Assembly (NCBI GenBank): GCA_964016885.1
Contig: OZ024740.1
Location: 354,888,001-354,952,000, forward strand
Source of the DNA: Eledone cirrhosa
Lineage: Eukaryota
Direction of reading: 5' to 3'
Length of the DNA: 64,000 bases
Shown here: in pieces, positions 54,326-64,000 of the stretch
How positions within the stretch are numbered: the stretch's first letter is position 1
How the letters are laid out: each line of letters starts with the position of its first letter
The notes under the pieces: generated by a model
Database searches by the model: none
The model's input: the letters and a program-made list of their open reading frames with translations, nothing else
Told to the model about the DNA's origin: nothing
Program-made: the position numbers and the translations under genes

Positions 54326-55391
54326 TTACTTTTAATAGGATTAATCAAGGATTTTAGGAATGAAGCCATGTTCTGGGAAACCTTCATCAAGTTTAACCCT
54401 TTCATGACCATATTTTCATGAAATATGAGTACATTAAATGTGTTTTAATTAATTTTGAAAATAATCAAGAATTTGGAAGGCTTTAATAAAATACCTTTTT
54501 CATTAAGTTGGTATTAAGAACGCAATTTTATATTTAGATATGAATACTTTAAAATGGAGTGTTTTATCACAGAACCACTGGTGGTTTCAGGTGGGTTTGT
54601 TTTGAAAGGGTTAAGAGGCACTGATCTTTGGACTATCTGAAAGAATTGTTTATTTTTTATTTAGTTTTTTTGCTAAGTGATTACTTATCACTGATGATAT
54701 TTTTAGTTGTGAAGGTTAGTGTTAATTTTTATTGATTCTAACTATCATCTATCATATTATAATATGGAAGTATAATTTTAGTTATATTCCCATTTTCCTA
54801 CCATTTTTTAATATATAACTTTGTCTGTCCAGCCCTACATGTACTATAACTAATTTGTATTTCTGGCATGTTTTGCATGTCTGTAAATTAAAAATGTGTA
54901 TATTTATATACACATTGGTACAGACTTCGTTACTCATTCTGTATATATACAGTTATAACTTTGTGCACTTCAGCTGCTTAGTGCATTTCTTAATATATAT
55001 ATATAGATATATATATATATACATACACACGTACACACACTTACAGAGATAGAGACAGACAGACAGACAGGTGGACAAATAGATAATGTTGTTGGCAGAA
55101 AATACTGATATCTGGCATGAATCAAAGCATTCTAGAACATTTAGAACATCTGCTCCCCATCTTCCACCCCCTGTCTTATTTATAATTGTGTTTTGTGAAT
55201 TCTAAATAAAAATTTTAAAACAATTTTGTCAGATTTTGACATTCATGTGTGATAGATGGACAAAAAATGTACAATTATTGTAATATAGATCTATGAAGAA
55301 CTGTATCTATTGTGGTAGGTTAAAACTTAAATATTTATCTACTTTTCAGATTATTCTGTTGTGTATTTATTATTGTTCGTTTCTTTTCCAG

Positions 55392-55531
55392 AAAACCCTC
55401 ATGTCCTTCCAGCTAGTATTATCAATGGGGCAGCTGTTAGCAAGACCTTTCAAATTCTTTATCGTAATGAAGATGTTGTTGTAAATGATATCATTCTCTT
55501 TCGGATACATGTTCTTGTTGACAGTTCCAAG
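55392..55531 (+). CDS. FAM135A: FAM135-family protein, third coding exon
   Basis: ttttccag acceptor, 140 nt, gtaaag donor; (E)NPHVLPASIINGAAVSKTFQILYRNEDVVVNDIILFRIHVLVDSSK contains the FAM135 motif SKTFQILY(K/R)NE. The three exons total 297 nt = 99 codons in frame. Confidence 0.92.
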
Positions 55532-56374
55532 GTAAAGACTTTTCATTGTTTTATTTGTTTTCTGCACTAATTATTAACATTATTAACATTTGCTTGTATT
55601 CATAATATTATCTTACTTTAATTCTATTAAATTACACTGTTATGATGTAATTTGGGTGTTCTGGAGGAAAATTGTGCAAACAATGTTTTGGTAGTAGTAT
55701 ACTGTAGGGTTCTTGAATTTTATGTTTTCCATGGAAATTGTTTAACCCTTTCACAGCTATATCTCTACAAAGTAGAATACCTACATTTTATTTATTATTT
55801 ATTTATTTCCAATATAATCAAATTTAGTAAAATGTTTGACTTTATATATTGGTTGTTGTACTGTTGTTTAACCCCTGATTGAGCAGACTATGATGTACAG
55901 CATCCCAACCGTGACTCATTTTTTTAGAGCTATTTTTAGAGTTATTTAATGTGTCATTTTGTTTTTTAAGACTACAAGGTATAATTTGAGGGAGATTTGA
56001 CTGTTATTTCTAGTAAGTTGAATATATTATGCTGGTGTTAAACTACTGAAATCACATACTATCATTCATGATTTTGAGCAAGATTTCGATTTAATGAGAG
56101 CAGTGTCAGTTGTATTAAAAGGGTTAATGTTTTAAAAGCAGTTTTCTGATTTTATTTTTTCTATGAGAGGAACAAGGTGAAGGGTAAATAATTTGCAAAC
56201 TTGAACATATGCACACAATTTTCAAGTAGGTATTTTACATCGCAGCTTTAATCTAACCATTCTATTAACAACTAGGAATGGTGATTATTCCATAGTTAAG
56301 TGGACCAGGCATGTAAAGTGTCTTTTCAAGTGATTAGTTGAAGTCTTTCTACAATAATCTTTGTGTCCACATTT

Positions 56375-57865
56375 ATAATAATAATAATGAAATTATTGTG
56401 TACAGTGATCAGGTGCACTACAACTCATCAAAGGTGCATGTATAGTACATAGAATAATGTACAAATGTCAGGAAAGTGAACAGTGTATGAGTCATGATAT
56501 ACATGTGTGCGTGTGTATGGAAAGGAGATATCAGGTGTAGTGTTGGCGAATTTCAGGAATCATGGAGATTTTAAAGGATGCAGTGTCCTGGCAGCTAACA
56601 ACTGATGCAGGTAGTTTGTTCCATGCTTCAGCAACTCTGAGCGTGAAAAAATGTTTCCAAAAGTCATGGGAGCTGTGTTGTTTTCTGACTTTGTAGGCAT
56701 GTCTTGTAGACAGAATTGAAAGCTTTAGCAAAGTCAAGGTAAACAACATCCACCCATGAGCTGCCATCAGTGATCCGGGTGATGTCTTCAAGAAACTTGG
56801 TAAGTTGATTACAGCAGCTGGTGTTAGGGATAAATCTGAATTGCGAGGGCTGGATAATGCTGTGAGAATTCCAGAAGTACTGAGTGTTTCTCTGACACAG
56901 GATTCCATCAATTTGACAATATAGCTAGTAAGACTGACTGGACGATAGTTGACAGGCGACATACAGTCACCCTTTTTGAACAGAGGAATGACACTGGCAG
57001 TTTTCCACTGGCAGTTTTGCTCTGGGGTAGCACCATTGTTAAGGCAGAATTGAAAGAAGAGTGAAAGCTAGTGCAGAAGAAAGTACCCACTACATTTGAG
57101 AAGCAGGTACATAACACTATCAAGACCAGGAGAGGTATAGTTGTGCTTATTTTTAAGGTGGCGTTGTAACATTGCAGGTGTAAATTCCATAGTTGTTATA
57201 GAATTTGATGTTAGAGGTGGTGGAGATGGTACGTTTTGGTTTTCAACAGTAAAATTGCCTGCATAGCATTCAGCAATAAGTTCTGCACATTCTTTGGGAT
57301 TGACAGTAATCTGGCTTGTAAGGGGATTGCAAAGAGGACCAACGGGAGAGTGAGGTCTCTGCTTTGAATGTACATATTTCCAGAACACTTTACTGTCAAG
57401 GTTGGTTTCTATGTGCTGTTCAAATTCAAGCACTGCCTTTTTTGTCACCTGCTTGAGATGGTTGGATGATTTATTGTGCTTTTTTCTATTGATATCTGAT
57501 CTATGCAGTTTGTATTCCTGTTCAGCATTATGATGTTCTTTCCTGGCAAGTCGGACCGCTGCAGTCTCCCAAATTGCACTTTTGAGATGTTTTTTCTGCT
57601 TACGTGGCACCGATGCTGCACATGCTGTCCATATTGAGTTCAGGATGTTCTGAAGTATACTGTTCACATTTCCAGAGTTGTAGAATTCAAACCAGTTGGG
57701 TGTTGTAGCTCGGTGCAATAAGAGTTCCAGTCTGCTTTATTCCAGTCAAAGTGAGCAGTTTGGAGATGGTTGTGGTTTTTGTTACTGCCCAAAAGAGACA
57801 GATTGGCAATGATCATAGCATGATCAGAGTCACCTAAAGGTTCCTCAGTAGTAACACTAATAACT
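56375..57865 (-). mobile_element. CR1-group LINE fragment, internally deleted, in FAM135 intron
   Basis: PLGDSDHAM (APE end), FWKYVHSK, SPGLD, NYRPVSLTS, RVAEAWNKLPASVV; same 3' UTR as 28974-29170. Confidence 0.88.
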
Positions 57866-59716
57866 TAATTTCCTATATATAAATTGTTTTATTTCTGAAA
57901 TTTGAACTTTATTTTTGGTATGTCTTGGATTTTACTTCCTTAATCTGCTGTTAATGATTATCATCTCAGAGTTAAGCAATTTTAATGTTTTTCTGTTAAA
58001 CTTTAAGATCTTTTAATACTATTAAGTCTTGTCATGTTAATTTGGATCAATGAAGAAAGGTTTTAGTTAGTGAAATTATCTTTGCATCCAGCTGACTCCT
58101 GGTTACTGAGTCAAGTGTTCAAAGTAAAACTATTATAATTTCTGTTATTTTAGGTATTAGTTAATAATTATTTTCATTCATAGTGCCTTTTCTAAACTGA
58201 ACTACAAGTGTCTCAGTATTAAAATACATTCTTAGTTAGAATTGTATTTTGATCATTTTCTTTTATGTAAAATTTTTAATGATTTATTCTGCACTTAAAT
58301 ATAAGTACTGTTGTTTGTTAGTTGTTTTTAATCATGATTTGTTTTCTGGTTTAATGCTATTACCTGCACCTGGAGTACCTTTAACAGATTCCACTCTGTT
58401 GAAAACATTTACGTCAGGTTTCTCGTCTCAGGACAAATTCATCTACTCCTCCTAACAGTTTCAGAAGCCTTGTGAAGGATTATGGGGTGCTGTCTTTCTT
58501 TCTCTGACTAATTCATTGTAAAGCAGAAAAAAGAAATTGTAATAATATTTAAAAACATGGCAAACCTGACTTTGAAGGGCCTCATGGTTAATTAGAATAT
58601 TCATTCATCTGTCAGTTGTTAAGAGTTTTACTAGGGCTATTATGGCACCATTGCACTTACTGTTATTGTGGATACATTTGTTTGCCTCTTAATTGACGTT
58701 ATCTGTACAGTGCTGTTAACAGGGTTGGGACCGTATATTTCTATCTGTAGATACTTCTGTGTGACAACTGCTTTGCTTACAATGCAGTTCATATGAAGAA
58801 AGAAGAACTTAATCAGGTGGGTATTCATTTTAAGGTACAGGTCCTTGTTTTACACGCCTTGCCTGTAAGTGGGTAAAAAGTTATGCAATTTTATTTTACA
58901 AAATTGTGTGTGAACCTAAAAATAAAATAAAAATGTTTAATTGTAAACCCATTATAATTCCATTTGCACCAGGCTGTTCTTGCATGTTTATTTTCCTTCT
59001 CCCTCCACCAAACCACTATTACTTTAATTTTCTAATACATGATTGTATTGTTACTTCATATCTTAATGTATAATAATAATAATATTATTTATACTTATAT
59101 ATACACTATATATACTTATAAACAGGAAAGGTCAGTAATTCATTACTACCTTATTACCAGTAAGAAAAATAGCTCAATGTAAATACATCAGATGTTTTAC
59201 AGAGCCGGAATATATATTACAGAATAATCAAAACTATGTTCAAAACATTTTATTGCTGACAATCATTTCTTCCAAACTTTCGTTTGGAATCATTGGATCG
59301 CTAGCAAAGTTTAGACGTATAATTAACCTCCTATTCCACAGAACAGTCGTAAAGATACATAGATGTTAGTGTTGTCATTAACAGTGTCATATTTAAAGAG
59401 TGAAGATGATGTGGTCAGTATCAATGGATGCGGCAAAGATTATAAAAGAATAATACAACAATTATGGAGGAATTAAAGAAGAAAGTTACTCGCAAAACGA
59501 GGACATTAGCATGCATGCGTGTGTGTGAGTGTGTGTGTGAATGTAGTAGCCCCCAAATCATTTATTCTGTTACTGGTTTCAATCATTATATTGCAGCCAT
59601 GTTGGGTACTATCTTAAAGGGTTTTATTCAATCATATTGACCCCAGTACTTATCTTTTCAAGTCTGGTACTTATCACTCTCTTTTTTGGGGGCTACTACA
59701 TTCACACACACGCATG

Positions 59717-59752
<36 letters not shown>

Positions 59753-59789
59753 CTCTGCAGTTTTCATCAACCAAATTTCACTCACAACC

Positions 59790-60310
59790 TGGAGTTGGTT
59801 CTTCTTTTCTTTGCCCATTTATTCCTGAGTGGGTCATGGGGGCAGAGTCCTCAAACTTCCTCCAACAGGTCCAGTCAGAAGCAATCATCGCCAAACTTAT
59901 CCGGCTGGATCCCCAAGCATGGATATTGTCTAACTATCTTGCTCGGAATCTACACCTGGGTCTCCTGCCAGTTGGTTTTGTCCGTAAAATCTTTTCAGCG
60001 ATTCTTTCCTGAGACATTCTAACCACATGCCCATAGTATTGGAGCTGTGATCTCTCAATTCGGAGAAGTAGCGGCTCTACCTGGAATGACACTGAATAAG
60101 TTATGCACTTTATCGAGTACCATCACTTTAAAGACCCTCCAGAGGAACCGCATTTCAGCCACTTGTATTCGCAATCGTATTCTTTTGGTCATTACCCAAG
60201 ATTCATGACCATAGGTAAGGGGTTGACACGAAAATCAAATTGAAGACAGTTAGTTTGGCTTTTACGCCTACCCCTCTTCTTCTGATGACTGAATACTGAA
60301 GCTGGCACAT
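59790..60310 (-). mobile_element. Degenerate RTE-type LINE 3' fragment of a different family
   Basis: Minus-strand remnants MTKRIRLRIQVAEMRFLWRV and ERIAEKILRTKPTGRRPR. Confidence 0.65.
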
Positions 60311-61234
60311 TAATGCCCAGCTTTTGCAATTCTTGCACTTAATTCAGCACGTGCACACACACACACACACACACACCCACACCCACAATTTAGATACATA
60401 ATAGTATTTGACATCCTTTCTACCATCACAATGTTCTTCTTATAGATGCTTTTATCAAATAGTTCTTTATACACTCTTTATCTAGAGATCTAAGAGGTCA
60501 TCTATAGAGTCTTGTATTGCTGGTTAAATGATCCCAATATTATGCTAAGCCTAATTCTCACTGGTTTGTGACACTTCACTGTAAATAGGTACTATGAGTT
60601 TATCAGCTCATATATGTAACAGAAGCATTGAGTAGTTAACATTTCAATTTTCCACACAAATTTAGACTATAATAGAAGTGTTCACACTATGTATTTATTC
60701 TCATTAGCATCATGCCTGTTGACTTGCTATGTATTTTAGAAAACTTACTCTAGCTTTATCTGAGATAAATATTTTTATAAGTAGTATTTAAAACAAATGC
60801 TATTGAGATTGTCTTTAACTCTCCTTAATCTACTCTAGCAGATAAAAATCAATGCTACTGAGGATATGCATATTTTGTTTGCTTCATGCAAGTATGCTGT
60901 CACCTTAACTAAAGTATTTTATCTCAACTTTATATCATGGGTTAATTTCTTCCTCAGTTTTCTCTCGCTTATCTCTGTCTATGAAGAAATATAAAACTAC
61001 AGATAATTTCTCATTTATTAACAGTTTCAATTTTTCAAGTGAAGCCAAAGTTAGATTTCAGAGAGAGAATATCTATATATCATGAGGGTGGAGGAAGTAG
61101 CCAGGTGGTTAGTTGCCAAGCACGACACAACATGGGACATTTGTGAGTTTGTGGTTGCAGTATGCTGGTGATCTTGTCCAATCCGCTAGATAGTTTTCTT
61201 TTATATGTAGTTTAGAATATCTCTCTCTCTCTCC

Positions 61235-61620
61235 ATGTAACAGCAGCAGTAACAGTTTCCTCTCAGATTTGTGAGCAATGTGAGTCTTACTTGAGCTTTG
61301 TAGAGGGTCAGCAACTGAAAAGTGTTGAAATATTTCCTAGCTTTGGTATTCAGTTTTGGCAATGTTACATATGTGAGGTTGATGTTAGAGGTCATCTAAT
61401 ATTATGAAGCTTATCATCAGTAGTAACTTAGATTAGTTTGTGTGTTATTCACATGTAGAGATTATTGTATGAGATTGTTTCTTTGATATGTTGTGATTGT
61501 GTCTTGGTAAAGTTTTTGTTTGTAAAACTGTATAAGTCTTGCACAAGATATCTAGATATATGTAGATGATACCTTTATAAAGAAGGGGGAGGAGTGAAGA
61601 ATGGTATCGTTTGCTTTCTC
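61235..61620 (-). mobile_element. Very degenerate jockey/CR1-type RT remnant
   Basis: QLLTLYKAQVRLTL motif and a Y-I-Y-VDD-like remnant near 61560. Confidence 0.45.
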
Positions 61621-62593
61621 TGTAGCCATATTCATGCTTTTCTATCCCCTTTATCTAAATCAAAACTAATTGCATAAATTATAGATGACACAATACATCC
61701 TTTTCTCAGAACAAGGATTCCATTCCTCATATCTTTCTTGTCAGAAACTTACTTTTCTGATCAATATCTTCATTATACCAGTGCATGTTATTCTAACCCT
61801 TTCCCCCAGCCCCATCTGCATGCTGTGAATATGGTAAGTAGAAGAAAAACTTCTCGGTGAAGCATATTCAGTTAGGAAGTTGGCTACACTAGAAAAGGGC
61901 CAATAATTTGTTGAAGGGATCTAATAATATTGAAACATGTCTGTTGCTTTCACCAGGCTGGCTTCTTGACAAGGTTCATTTACATTGCATTGTCTTAAAT
62001 TGTTCCAAAATACTTGGATCAAACCAGGCTTTAGGAGTTCTCTCATCATCATCTGAATACTCCTAAAAGAAGTTTGTGTCTTGAAATTGTGAGGATACAT
62101 ACATACATACACATACATATATATATATGAATTTCGATTAATGCTGTTGCTTGATACTGAAAAAGATGTCAGATATCAAGTGATGCCTGTGCTTGAAGCT
62201 TTTTTCAAGTGAAGAAAGGCTTTGCATGGAGTCAATCCCACTCTTTGAACATTGAATGCTTCACTCCAAAATGTAGAACTGGTCTACATCATTGGATGCA
62301 AATGAAGTCAGAGGTTTTACATCAGAGTAACCTTCTAGAGAGATATCTTTATTAAGACTAGGGGTCACTCACTCCACTAGCCTGCTAGAAAAAAAAATTA
62401 TTGGATGGCCGTTCACTCTCCTGAGTTTCTCCGCCCTTTGATGGGTTTTGTTTTTCAACCCGCAGGGTGTCTAAAATCAACCTCTTCACCAAGCAAGCAA
62501 GCTTGGTGAGGTCGGCACTTTAGTCGCTGACAACCCAACCATGCACAGGTTGTACTGGGTTACATGTTACCAGCAACACTGAAGAGCAACCTG

Positions 62594-62641
<48 letters not shown>

Positions 62642-62711
62642 ATGCAAGCGTGGAACATGGACGTTAAACGATGATGATGATGATGATATATATATATATA
62701 TTATATATGTA

Positions 62712-62751
<40 letters not shown>

Positions 62752-62842
62752 GTATGTGTGTATATATATATATATATGCGAGTGTGTGGTGTGTGGTTGT
62801 GTGTATATGTGTGTGCGTGTGGTGTGTGTGTATATATGTGTA

Positions 62843-62875
<33 letters not shown>

Positions 62876-64000
62876 GTGCATATATATACACGTGTGTGTT
62901 TATATATGTATATATGTGTGAGCGTGTGTGTGTATATATATATATACATACACACACAAACATACTTTACAGCATGTACTGGGTGTGTTTATCATGTAGA
63001 TCACCAATACTAAGGAGGTTGTCATACACTTGACATAACTGAGGGATCCTCCCACTCCTTTTACTGGCAAGCTTGTGTTGAGTACCTTTCTTGCTGTGTT
63101 TTTGTACAGTAAACATAAACACAATGTGCCAATGTTACGATGGGTGTTGATAAAGTAAAGTACCAATCACACACTACGGTCGATTTAATCAACTTTCCAC
63201 TCTTCTAAAAATGCTGGCCTTGTGCCTAAATCAGAAACTGTTATTTATTGCGTATGCTCCCATATTTGAAGGCTGATTTTTGTGTCATTTGTTCTTGTTT
63301 TTAAACAAACAATGATAAATTTATTATAACTTTATTAAAATGTTCAGATATATTATATACATTTTTCTTGGCACATCTAAATACGTTTATTAAAAAAAAT
63401 TAATTCTTTTCTTGTAATCATCAGAAATCAATATTATTTTATATTTCAAGTAGAAAACAAATCTTTTGCTAATTTTTGCTTTTTATATATATACAATATT
63501 CTTTATTGTGGCTAAGTGATGAGTCATGTTACTCTGTGTACTCACAGATGATTCTGAGTACACTAGTGAAACTCCAGAGTAACAAGACTCACAACTTAGC
63601 CATTATATATATATATATAAGAAGATAAGGTAGTTTTTACTTTTTGTTGGTAAAACTTGTGGAGTGATTATGCAACTGTTAATGAAAAAGCAGCTTACTG
63701 GATAGATTTCTCAAAGTGTATATTTGAGTCCTGCATGATAATATTCTAGGTGTTAATCCACGGGTCTTTTTCAAGTTCCAATAATTCACGGAGTATGTAT
63801 AAGTTAATATGTTAGGAAAAACAGATATATTAACTTATATATACATATATAGTGCTGGATATTTGTACCAGGTCTCTGCATTCTGAGTTTAAATCCTGTC
63901 GCAGTCCATTTTGCCTTTTATTTTTTCAGGGTTGATCAAGTAATTACTGGCTCAGTCCTGGTGCAACCCTCTCTCTATGCAGCTGACACATTCTGGATGT

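Overview
AT-rich, microsatellite-laden, repeat-dominated eukaryotic DNA. The SINE/LINE repertoire and (TA)n/(TG)n density look cephalopod, probably octopus (inference). The only host gene recognised is a FAM135-family gene on the + strand: three coding exons at 49354-49430, 52748-52827 and 55392-55531, continuing beyond what I can trace. Mobile DNA makes up most of the rest: an internally deleted Copia LTR element (GalEa-like PBS) with both LTRs, a decayed Penelope-like element (RT + GIY-YIG) with tandem pseudo-LTRs, one intact 1084-aa RTE-clade LINE with a PHD-type finger inside its RT plus many truncated relatives, CR1/jockey-group LINE fragments, CRE-like 3' ends, tRNA-derived SINEs and TTAA MITEs. 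The most notable signal, read by eye, is a set of hammerhead-ribozyme folds in Penelope-type modules. It comprises a canonical minimal hammerhead mirrored in a fold-back (20967-21664), a perfect 132-bp palindrome made of half a hammerhead (26577-26708), and two core variants (U4A at 16926-16976; U3-A8 at 36315-36350). The modules are oriented almost entirely antisense to the host gene. Hammerheads in Penelope-like elements are a known class; the variants, fold-backs and orientation bias are the untested observations. Most long ORFs in the track ([12 protein letters not shown]) are microsatellite artefacts.
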